From an uncultured delta proteobacterium (GTDB lineage: Bacteria > Desulfobacterota > Binatia > UBA9968), in the NCBI GenBank assembly GCA_963771465.1, contig CAVYTU010000017.1:320001-384000 (forward strand): a stretch of DNA of 64,000 nt. Direction: 5' to 3'. The translations under genes and the position numbers were made by a program. This document shows, one piece after another, positions 19,482 to 27,735 of this stretch (positions within the stretch are counted from its first letter, which is position 1; every line of letters starts with the position of its first letter). Below the pieces are notes generated by a model. That model saw nothing but the letters and a program-made list of their open reading frames with translations. It did no database searches and was not told where the DNA came from.

Positions 19482-20630
19482 ATGGCAGAGAAAAAAGACA
19501 TGGTCCAAATAGAGTCCCTGGAGAAATTTTTCGGCGAGGACAAAGAGCGCGTCCACGTTTTAAAAGGTGTCTCGCTGAACATCCCCGAAGGTTCGCTCTA
19601 CACTTTTTTAGGCCCCAGCGGCTGCGGCAAGACGACGACGTTACGTTGCGTGGCCGGCTTGGAGCGGCCCGACGGCGGTAAAATTAGCATCGGCGGCCAA
19701 ACCGTTTACGCTTCGGGAGAGCGCGTTTATGTGCCGACCAACAAACGGCCCATCGGCATGGTGTTTCAGTCCTACGCAATTTGGCCGCATATGACGGTTG
19801 CCGAAAACGTCGCGTATCCACTGACCATCCAGCGCAAATCAAAAGATGAAATCAAAAAAAGAGTGAGCGATGTGCTCAAGATCGTCGGCCTCGACGGGTT
19901 GGAAGACCGCCCGGCGCCAAAACTCTCTGGTGGCCAGCAACAGCGCGTCGCCTTTGCCCGCGCGCTCATCAACGAGCCCCAGGTGATGCTTTTGGACGAG
20001 CCCCTGAGTAACTTGGATGCCAAGCTGCGCGTGCAAATGCGCTCGGAGATCAAGTCGTTGCAACGGCGCACCAGCATCACGACGATCTTCGTAACCCATG
20101 ATCAGGCTGAGGCCTTGGCGATTTCCGACCAGATCGCGGTCATGCACGGCGGGGTGTTGATCGAAATCGGCGCGCCCCATCAGCTTTATACCCGTCCGAA
20201 GCGGCGCTTTACCGCGACATTTTTGGGTCTGACCAATCTGATCGATGGCAAAGTGCTCGAAGTCGACGGCGACTCGCGACCGGGCAAGATGGAAACCAAT
20301 AAAGGTATTTTGAGCTTTATCCCAGCGCCAGGTTTGAAAAAGGATCAACCGGCGGTGATCTCGATCCGGCCGGAAAACATTCCACTGTACAAGGAAAAAC
20401 CCCAGGGCTTGGAGAACGTGTTGGAGGGGATTGTCAAGGAAGCTATTTTTATGGGGGATGCCTATCAGTGTAAGGTCGCTGTCGGCGACACTTTGCTCGC
20501 CGTGCATACCCATCCGTTTAATTCGGTGAGCCCGGGCGATAAAGTTTACTTGCACTTGGATCCGGCGAGCTGCAACGGTCTACCGGCCGACGACAAGGAA
20601 GGTATTGATGAATCGATGTTGGGGGCATAG
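19482..20630 (+). CDS. ABC transporter ATP-binding protein (FbpC/PotA type, TOBE domain)
   Basis: GPSGCGKTT, VFQSYAIWPHMTV, LSGGQQQR and LLDEPLSNLDAKLR motifs. Confidence 0.92.
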   Translation: MAEKKDMVQIESLEKFFGEDKERVHVLKGVSLNIPEGSLYTFLGPSGCGKTTTLRCVAGLERPDGGKISIGGQTVYASGERVYVPTNKRPIGMVFQSYAIWPHMTVAENVAYPLTIQRKSKDEIKKRVSDVLKIVGLDGLEDRPAPKLSGGQQQRVAFARALINEPQVMLLDEPLSNLDAKLRVQMRSEIKSLQRRTSITTIFVTHDQAEALAISDQIAVMHGGVLIEIGAPHQLYTRPKRRFTATFLGLTNLIDGKVLEVDGDSRPGKMETNKGILSFIPAPGLKKDQPAVISIRPENIPLYKEKPQGLENVLEGIVKEAIFMGDAYQCKVAVGDTLLAVHTHPFNSVSPGDKVYLHLDPASCNGLPADDKEGIDESMLGA

Positions 20631-20670
20631 AATGCGACCCAACGAAGTATTTGAAAGGAGAATCATCTAA

Positions 20671-22158
20671 ATGACAGCACTAGAGGCTAGAAAGCTAGCC
20701 GAAGACGATATGAAAGCGGGCAAAACCCCCAAGTATACCGACCTGCGCGACTGGCTCGAAATCGTCGACAGTCTCGGAGAACTCAAAAAAGTCGATGGCG
20801 TCGATTGGAATCTCGAAATGGGTACATTGGCGGAGATCTTCGCCCGTGAATCCAAGACCGGCACGCCTGCGGTTCTATTCGACAACGTTCCTGGTTATCC
20901 CAAAGGTTTTCGCACCCTGTTCGCACAGAACGCGTCGTTCAAGAGAATGGCCCTCAACCTCGGTCTCGACATGAATCTGTCGAACCTCGATCTGGTGCGC
21001 GCGTTCCGCCAGAAGCTCGTCAATCATGAACCGATCAAGCATAAGGTTGTGACCAAGGGTCCGATTCTGGAAAACGTCGACTCCGGTGACAAAGTAGATT
21101 TGCTCAAATTCCCCGTGCCCTTCATGCACGAGCTCGACGGCGGCCGTTTCATCGGCACTGCGTGCCTGGTGACGACGCGCGATCCCGATGAAGGTTGGGT
21201 CAACTTCGGCGCCTACCGCGGCATGGTTCATGACGGCAAAAGCATGGGCCTCTACATCTCGCCCGGCAAACACGGCAGCATCCAGCGCAACAAATATTTC
21301 GAGCGCGGCAAACCCTGCCCAGTTGTTGTTTCGGTCGGTCAGGACCCAGTTCTGTTCATGGTTTCGGGTAATGAGATCGATTACGGCGTGTCGGAATTCG
21401 ACTACGCGGGCGGCCTCAAGGGTGCACCTATAGAAGTCATCGAGGGCAAGTCCACGGGACTCCCGTTCGCCGCCAACGCTGAAATCGTCATCGAAGGTTG
21501 GATGGATCCAACCGATCGCAAGACTGAAGGTCCCTTTGGTGAGTGGACCGGTTATTACGCCAGCTCCAGCCGGCCAGAGCCGGTGATCCGGGTCGAAAAT
21601 GTTTATTACAGAAACGATCCTATTCTTTGCTGCGCCCGACCCGGTCGCCCGCCGTCAGATTATTCCATCGCCAAATGCATGGTGAAGGCGTCATTGATCT
21701 GGGAACAGGTCGAAAAAGCCGGCGTTCCTGACGTGAGGGGTGTGTGGTGCCACGAAGCCGGCGGCGGCCGCTTGTTGAACATCATTTCGATCAAGCAACG
21801 TTATCCGGGCCACGCCCGCCAAGCGATGCTCGTGGCGTCGCAAGTCCACGCCGGTGCATATCTCGGTCGCTATGTGATCGTCGTCGACGAAGACATCGAC
21901 CCGACCAATACTTTCGATGTCCTCTGGGCATTGGCCACTCGCTCAGACCCAGTCGAGTCCATCGAAATTCTGCGCCGCTGCTGGAGCGGCCCGCTCGATC
22001 CGCGCATTCAACCGGGCAAGAAGGGATTTAACTCCCGCGCCGTGATCGATGCCTGTCGTCCGTTCGAGTGGATGAAAGATTTCCCGCCGGTCGCCGAATC
22101 TTCGCCCGAGCTGCGCGACAAGATTTACAACAAGTATAAAAAGATTATCGAAGGCTAA
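20671..22158 (+). CDS. UbiD family prFMN-dependent decarboxylase
   Basis: DLRDWL, DGGRFI, GAYR, EGPFGEWTGYY and VVDEDIDP...WALATR motifs. Confidence 0.92.
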   Translation: MTALEARKLAEDDMKAGKTPKYTDLRDWLEIVDSLGELKKVDGVDWNLEMGTLAEIFARESKTGTPAVLFDNVPGYPKGFRTLFAQNASFKRMALNLGLDMNLSNLDLVRAFRQKLVNHEPIKHKVVTKGPILENVDSGDKVDLLKFPVPFMHELDGGRFIGTACLVTTRDPDEGWVNFGAYRGMVHDGKSMGLYISPGKHGSIQRNKYFERGKPCPVVVSVGQDPVLFMVSGNEIDYGVSEFDYAGGLKGAPIEVIEGKSTGLPFAANAEIVIEGWMDPTDRKTEGPFGEWTGYYASSSRPEPVIRVENVYYRNDPILCCARPGRPPSDYSIAKCMVKASLIWEQVEKAGVPDVRGVWCHEAGGGRLLNIISIKQRYPGHARQAMLVASQVHAGAYLGRYVIVVDEDIDPTNTFDVLWALATRSDPVESIEILRRCWSGPLDPRIQPGKKGFNSRAVIDACRPFEWMKDFPPVAESSPELRDKIYNKYKKIIEG

Positions 22159-22183
22159 GTTTCAATTCGAAATAAGACTGGCG

Positions 22184-22225
22184 AGAAGGGGCAACCGTGA
22201 TGAGCGGTCGCCCCTTCTTTGTTTT
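22184..22225 (+). terminator. Rho-independent terminator after the ubiD-like gene
   Basis: AGAAGGGGCAACCG...CGGTCGCCCCTTCT stem followed by TTGTTTT. Confidence 0.75.
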
Positions 22226-22376
22226 CTGGTCGATAAGTCGGCTACCTTGCTTGATACTAGCCAAACTCAGCGATAACGTGCCGGGTAATTCGCCGACGCG
22301 CTGCGCCATGCCTACCTAGAGTTAGCGCTCAGACTTCGATTGCACACCGTCGGTCGTGCTCGCTGCAAATTGAAAA

Positions 22377-23603
22377 ATGTCCAACGCGCTCAGACATCGA
22401 AACTTCCGTGTTTTTTTTACCGGTTCCATGGTCACCCGCATTGGTGAAGACATGCAAGAAGTCGCCGAGGACTGGCTCGTGTTTATCATGACCGGGTCGC
22501 CGTTTCTCTTAGGATTAGTCGCTTTTTGTAAGGGGCCATCCCGCGTCGTGCTGGCGCCGATCTTCGGTGCGGTGGCCGATCGTGTCGACCGGAGAAAAAT
22601 TCTTATCGGCGTGTACGTGTTTCAAATGATGTTGGCGGCGTCCTACGGCTGTCTCGTCGCGACTCATGTGATCGCTTTCTGGCATATCGTCGTCCTGGCG
22701 GTCCTCGACGGTTTAGTCGCGCCGCTCGGTCGTGTTACCCGCCAAACGGTCATTCCGGACTTGGTTCCCCAGGACAGCCTGGTCAGCGCCATTTCGATAA
22801 ACAGCGTCGGTAATAATACCGGTCAGGTCATCGGTCCGCTGCTTGGCGGCATGCTGATCGTTTGGTTGGGCATCGAGGCGGTGTTTTTTATCAACGCGAT
22901 TGGTTTTTGCGCCATCATCTTCAGTCTCCTATCGATCGAGTTGCCGCGTCGTGGCGATGAGCGCAGGATTCTCGATATTCGCAAAGACATCGTGGAAGGC
23001 GCGCGCTTCATGTGGCATCAACCGTTGATATTGGAAGTGATGTCGATTCAACTTTTCTCGTTTTTCTTGGCCTTGCCGTTCAATCGTTTCTTTCCTGTGT
23101 TTGCCAAAGACATATTGAACATCGGTCCCACCGGTTTGGGTGTGCTGAGAGGCAGCTTTGCCGCGGGGAATGTTCTGGGAGGGGTGGGTTTGATCAGCTT
23201 CGGCGCGGTGAAAAATCAGCTCGGGCTGTTGCGCGCCGCATCGTTGGGTTTGGCCCTATGTTTGATTGTGTTCGCCTATTCGACCTGGTTGCCGTTCTCT
23301 GTCGTCGCGCTCGTGCTGACCGGTATCATGACGATGATTTTCCGTTCCACCGGGCTCTCCGTGATCCATCTCAACGTGCCCAATGAATTCCGCGGCCGGG
23401 CGATGGGGCTCTATAACATGGAGTTGGGCTTTCGCTCCTTAGGCGCATTGTTTATTGGTTCGATCGGCAGTATCGCGGGAGTTCCCGTGGCCATCGCGGT
23501 CGGATCGACGTGCTTCGGAGTGATCAGCCTGCTGAGCCCGTGGTATAGGAAACATTTCGATAGAGGCGCGCAGGTAGAATCGCCGTCCGCATTGAACGAT
23601 TAA
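22377..23603 (+). CDS. MFS transporter (MFS_3/EntS-like)
   Basis: ALRHRNFR start, GAVADRVDRR motif A, RGRAMG. Confidence 0.88.
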   Translation: MSNALRHRNFRVFFTGSMVTRIGEDMQEVAEDWLVFIMTGSPFLLGLVAFCKGPSRVVLAPIFGAVADRVDRRKILIGVYVFQMMLAASYGCLVATHVIAFWHIVVLAVLDGLVAPLGRVTRQTVIPDLVPQDSLVSAISINSVGNNTGQVIGPLLGGMLIVWLGIEAVFFINAIGFCAIIFSLLSIELPRRGDERRILDIRKDIVEGARFMWHQPLILEVMSIQLFSFFLALPFNRFFPVFAKDILNIGPTGLGVLRGSFAAGNVLGGVGLISFGAVKNQLGLLRAASLGLALCLIVFAYSTWLPFSVVALVLTGIMTMIFRSTGLSVIHLNVPNEFRGRAMGLYNMELGFRSLGALFIGSIGSIAGVPVAIAVGSTCFGVISLLSPWYRKHFDRGAQVESPSALND

Positions 23604-23791
23604 CACGCGGACACACTAGCCATTTGGCGCAGCGTCTGAAACGGTATTTGTCAACAAGATTAACTTGTCATTCGCGCGACCCTGAAGTATACGTCCGGGT
23701 ATAGATTTCGGAGTTTCGATTAACTGCTTCGGCACTTGCAATGGTTGCGGATTAATTACATCGATTATTTTGGTGCTAGTTGGAGGAATAA

Positions 23792-24202
23792 ATGCTGCCA
23801 CAACTTTCCTTAGGATTGGACGAAGCGCAACGAGCGATCGCCGCCGTGTTCGAGCAGGCGAAGCTCGATGGCCGCGCCGTTGCCGTTGCGGTGGTCGACA
23901 ATCACGGCGAACTCATCGCTTGCGCCCGAATGGATGGAGCGCACGCCCGCGTGCTGCGCCACGCAATTCGTAAAGCTTACACCGCGGCGGTTATGGGCCG
24001 GGATACGTTGGCGTTCAAAAAAGACATGCAGGACGCGGGGCGAACGCTCAGCGACTATGACGACGGGTCGTTGACGACCTTGCAAGGCGGCCTGGTGGTG
24101 CGCGTGGATAAACAAATCGTTGGCGCGATCGCCTCAGGCGGCAGTCCGCGTCAGCGCGATGTCGACATGGCAAAGATTGGTCTCGACGCTTTGAAGCTTT
24201 GA
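23792..24202 (+). CDS. GlcG/HbpS family heme-binding protein
   Basis: AVAVVDNHG, RMDGA, KAYTA and GGLVV...VGAIASGG motifs; GGAGG RBS. Confidence 0.85.
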   Translation: MLPQLSLGLDEAQRAIAAVFEQAKLDGRAVAVAVVDNHGELIACARMDGAHARVLRHAIRKAYTAAVMGRDTLAFKKDMQDAGRTLSDYDDGSLTTLQGGLVVRVDKQIVGAIASGGSPRQRDVDMAKIGLDALKL

Positions 24203-24230
24203 GCGCGAGCGCTCGAATAAGGAGCATGCG

Positions 24231-25373
24231 ATGAATAAGCAAGCGATCTACCTACCGCAACTAACTTCCGAACCGACGACACCGATGGCGGTGCGTATCG
24301 GCGATGTGTTTTTCTCGTCATCCATCGAAGGACGGGATGGGGCCGACGGCGGGTTGGGCGACAGTGCGGAAAAACAGTTTGAGCTCGCCTTCGCCAACAT
24401 GAAGCGATTGGTCGAACAGGCCGGACTGACGACAAATGACATCGCACATGTGACGGTTTTTATCGGCGACGCGAGCGGGCGACAATTGATCAACAAGCCG
24501 TGGCTGCAAACCTTTCCTGAGGAACACAACCGCCCGGCGCGAAAGACGACGACGTATCCGCTGCCGGACCGAGTGTTTGTTCAGCTTCAGGCGTTCGCGG
24601 TGGCTGGAGCCAAACGCCAGCCCTTGGAGATTCCCGGATTGTCACATCGCGATCCGCTGCCAATGGGAACCAAGACGGGCAACATGGTGTATTCGTCGGT
24701 GCTCGGCGGTCAGGATCCAAAGACCAATAAGCAGGTGGCCGGCACCGTCGAGCAGATGGATCAGGCCTTTCAAAACATGCGCGCGCTGGTGGAGCAAGCC
24801 GGCGGCACGACGGATGACATCGGTCTGGTGTGGGTCTTCTTGCGCGACAAAACCGATCAGCCGGCGCTCATCGATGCGTGGCTGAAAATGTTTCCGCGCG
24901 ACGGCGATCGGCCGGCGCGGAAAACTATCATGTACGACGAACTCAAAGGGCGGGAGACGCTGGTGCAACTTCAATTCGCCGCGGCGTTGGGCGGAAAACG
25001 CAAGAACTTCGAAGTCCCCGGCGTCGGCCATCACGATCCAATTCCTCTGGGCGCGACGGTTGGCAAAAACTTTTTCTCTTCCGGTATCGGCGGTTATGAT
25101 CCCAAAACCGGCAAGCAGGTCGAGACGCTTGAGCGCCAGGCGGAGCTGGCGTTTCAAAATTTGCGCGCGCTGATGACACAGGCCAGCGCATCGCCCGATT
25201 CCGTCGGCCATCTAAGCATCATGCTGCGCGATTATCGCGCCCATAGCGTGGTGATGAAGAATTTACTGGAAACGTTTCCCGACAAAGACAAACGGCCGGC
25301 GGTGCACCTGATGGCGCTCGGTTTGCCGGGAACGAACCAGATACAGCTGCACGCGGCGGGAATTATCGAGTAG
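24231..25373 (+). CDS. RidA/YjgF family protein with three tandem domains
   Basis: Three similar units ending RPARK, RPARK and RPAVH, each with AF.N and a QL strand. Confidence 0.85.
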   Translation: MNKQAIYLPQLTSEPTTPMAVRIGDVFFSSSIEGRDGADGGLGDSAEKQFELAFANMKRLVEQAGLTTNDIAHVTVFIGDASGRQLINKPWLQTFPEEHNRPARKTTTYPLPDRVFVQLQAFAVAGAKRQPLEIPGLSHRDPLPMGTKTGNMVYSSVLGGQDPKTNKQVAGTVEQMDQAFQNMRALVEQAGGTTDDIGLVWVFLRDKTDQPALIDAWLKMFPRDGDRPARKTIMYDELKGRETLVQLQFAAALGGKRKNFEVPGVGHHDPIPLGATVGKNFFSSGIGGYDPKTGKQVETLERQAELAFQNLRALMTQASASPDSVGHLSIMLRDYRAHSVVMKNLLETFPDKDKRPAVHLMALGLPGTNQIQLHAAGIIE

Positions 25374-25402
25374 CCATCGGCGCGACGAAGGGGAAGAAAA
25401 TT

Positions 25403-25518
25403 CAGCGCGGAGACGCTGAGTACGCAGAGGTTTTTCTAATTCTGATTTTCTGCGATCTCTGCGCCTCCGCGGTGAGTCATCCGAATTCACTCCACGCAGA
25501 GACACGGAGGTCGCAGAA
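25403..25518. repeat. REP-like CGCAGAG-type inverted repeats between convergent genes
   Basis: CAGCGCGGAGACGCTGAGTACGCAGAG ... TCTGCGATCTCTGCGCCTCCGCGGTGA ... CACGCAGAGACACGGAGGTCGCAGA; related copy near 35620-35699. Confidence 0.7.
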
Positions 25519-25529
25519 TTCATCAGAAA

Positions 25530-26441
25530 CTACGCGGGTGCCATCACTCGGGTATTAACCAGATCCTGAACTTCGTGACCGGCATCGATTAAGTTCCAGC
25601 TCACCATCCAGTCATAGGTGCGCATTAACTGCTCGTGCGGAATCGGTTTTCCCGGCTCGACGAAGACAATGCGATTGAGATTGAAGTCATCGAGGCTCAG
25701 AGCTTTCACCTCGTCGCCCTTTTCGTTGTCGATAAAGTAATGCAGGTAACTCCGTTTGTCCGCGTTGATCCGGCGTACCGCTTCGGTGAGGGCGCGATTG
25801 AGCGCCGCGTAGGCATCGGCGCCGATCTCCGGCGTCGCGCTATCCGTGCCGTGATAAAACCCTTGGACGATGAGCCGGCAGCCGTTCTTTTCCGCTACGG
25901 TGATCCAGGGCTCGCGCACGCTGCACGCATCGACCTTGTCGCTCATCATGGCGCGGTAGCGCTCCGAGGGCCGGCCGCTGCTGACGAGCTTGATCATATC
26001 CCGCGGCACGAAGCCTTCGAGTAATTGCAGCGTCAAGTAATGCGTGCCGGCGTGAAAGGGGACGGCGATGGTTTTGTTGGCCAACTGTTGCGGCGTGTAG
26101 ACGTCGGAGTGCGGCGGCACAGCGACGGCGCCGGCGACGATCGACGCGCGCCGGCCCAACTGCCGGCAGCCGACGCCGGTATCCTGCGAGCGGCGATAGT
26201 TGCCCCATTCACAGGCGTTGAAAATGTTCGCGCTGCCGCGCTCCATCGCTTCGGCGTGGCCGGCGTTGGAACGCACTTTGTTCCAGTCGGTGACGTCGAT
26301 CTTGGTTTCTTTCTCGCCACCGTGCGCGACCAATTCGACCTCAAGTCCTTGGTTGGCGAACAAACCTTCGTCTAGCGCGACGAGCCAATCCAGCCCGTTA
26401 TATACGCTGGGTTTCTCCATTTTTATCTTCGGATAGGTCAT
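25530..26441 (-). CDS. NitT/TauT/SsuA-type solute-binding-fold protein without an obvious signal peptide
   Basis: VALDEGLFANQGLEVE, LANKTIAV and EPWITVAE motifs; GGAGG RBS. Confidence 0.75.
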   Translation of the reverse strand: MTYPKIKMEKPSVYNGLDWLVALDEGLFANQGLEVELVAHGGEKETKIDVTDWNKVRSNAGHAEAMERGSANIFNACEWGNYRRSQDTGVGCRQLGRRASIVAGAVAVPPHSDVYTPQQLANKTIAVPFHAGTHYLTLQLLEGFVPRDMIKLVSSGRPSERYRAMMSDKVDACSVREPWITVAEKNGCRLIVQGFYHGTDSATPEIGADAYAALNRALTEAVRRINADKRSYLHYFIDNEKGDEVKALSLDDFNLNRIVFVEPGKPIPHEQLMRTYDWMVSWNLIDAGHEVQDLVNTRVMAPA

Positions 26442-26643
26442 GAATCACCTCCGTACGAGTTGAGTCCGCGTGCGTGAACGAGGAACTGATGATTGCTTAT
26501 CACATTCCGCAAAACACTGGCAAAGTCAAATCGCGCTCGATGGCACATGGCCAAGAGTTGTCGTCTGGAGGCAAGCTGACATATGGTTCCGACGGGGCAA
26601 CGAAAGAGTTTATTCCCAGCGGTCGAATTCTAGGAGAAGTTTC

Positions 26644-27663
26644 ATGCAGGCAGGCGCCATCGATATCCATCATCATTATGTTCCACAGGAAGTGATCGAC
26701 GAGGCGAAGCGACATGGCAAAGCGCTTGGCGTAGACGTTGCCGAAGACAAGGACGGAACCATCCGCATATCCTTTGCCAGTGGGCCAAGTTTTCCGTTGC
26801 TCGATGGGCTGACCGATGTCGATCGGCGTTTGAAGATGATGAAGGACGGCAAGATTGCGCTGGCTGCGCTCGATCCGAGCACCCAGTTCCTCGGCTATGA
26901 TCTCACAGGCGAACAAGCGGAGAGCTGGTGCCGGATCTATAACGAATGCGTCAAAGAGTTCCTCAGAAAATATCCCGACCGGTTTACCGCCATGGCCGCG
27001 GTGCCGATTCAAGAACCTGCGCGGGCGGCGCGAGTCCTGGAACACGCGGTCACCCAACTCGATTTTTGCGGCGCCTACATCGCTACCAATGTGAACCATC
27101 GCTACTATGAGAGCGAGGATTTTGATCCGTTTTGGGCAAAAGCGCAGGAGTTAGATGTGCTCGTCTTCATGCATCCAGATAATCCCGCTGGCACGGAACT
27201 TATGAGTTCGTATGGTCTGCGTCTGGTCTGCGGCAATCCGGCTGACACGACGCTGTCCCTTGGACTACTGATTTTCAGCGGCGTATTCGATAGATTTCCC
27301 AATCTAAAACTTTGTACCTGCCACGGTGGCGGGTTTTTCCCGTATCATGTAAGCCGTTTCGACCGAGAGTTTGCCACTGGGAAACAGGCGACTCGACGTA
27401 CCGGTCGGGCTAATGCGCCAACTTGTTTGGCGGCGCCGAGCGCGTATTTAAAGAACTTGTATTTCGACACGCTAGTTTACGACATCGATACCCTCGACTT
27501 TCTCCGGCACAAAGTCGGCGCGGAACGTCTGCTGCTTGGCACCGACTTTCCTTACGCGCTCGGCGACTGGCAGTGCGTCGACAAGGTCGACCAGTTGCCT
27601 TGTAGCGAGACAGAAAAACAATTGATTCTCGAGGGTAATGCGAGAAAGCTGCTCAAGCTTTAA
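26644..27663 (+). CDS. Amidohydrolase-2 family (ACMSD-like decarboxylase/hydratase)
   Basis: IDIHHH, VFMHP, CHGGG, LYFDT, LLGTDFPY and GNARKLL motifs. Confidence 0.88.
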   Translation: MQAGAIDIHHHYVPQEVIDEAKRHGKALGVDVAEDKDGTIRISFASGPSFPLLDGLTDVDRRLKMMKDGKIALAALDPSTQFLGYDLTGEQAESWCRIYNECVKEFLRKYPDRFTAMAAVPIQEPARAARVLEHAVTQLDFCGAYIATNVNHRYYESEDFDPFWAKAQELDVLVFMHPDNPAGTELMSSYGLRLVCGNPADTTLSLGLLIFSGVFDRFPNLKLCTCHGGGFFPYHVSRFDREFATGKQATRRTGRANAPTCLAAPSAYLKNLYFDTLVYDIDTLDFLRHKVGAERLLLGTDFPYALGDWQCVDKVDQLPCSETEKQLILEGNARKLLKL

Positions 27664-27735
27664 ACTGCTTAAGTGTGCGCTGATGTTCTTATTGAGAGCA
27701 ACACTGCCGAAGAAGTGGCGATAAGTCCATTCGCG

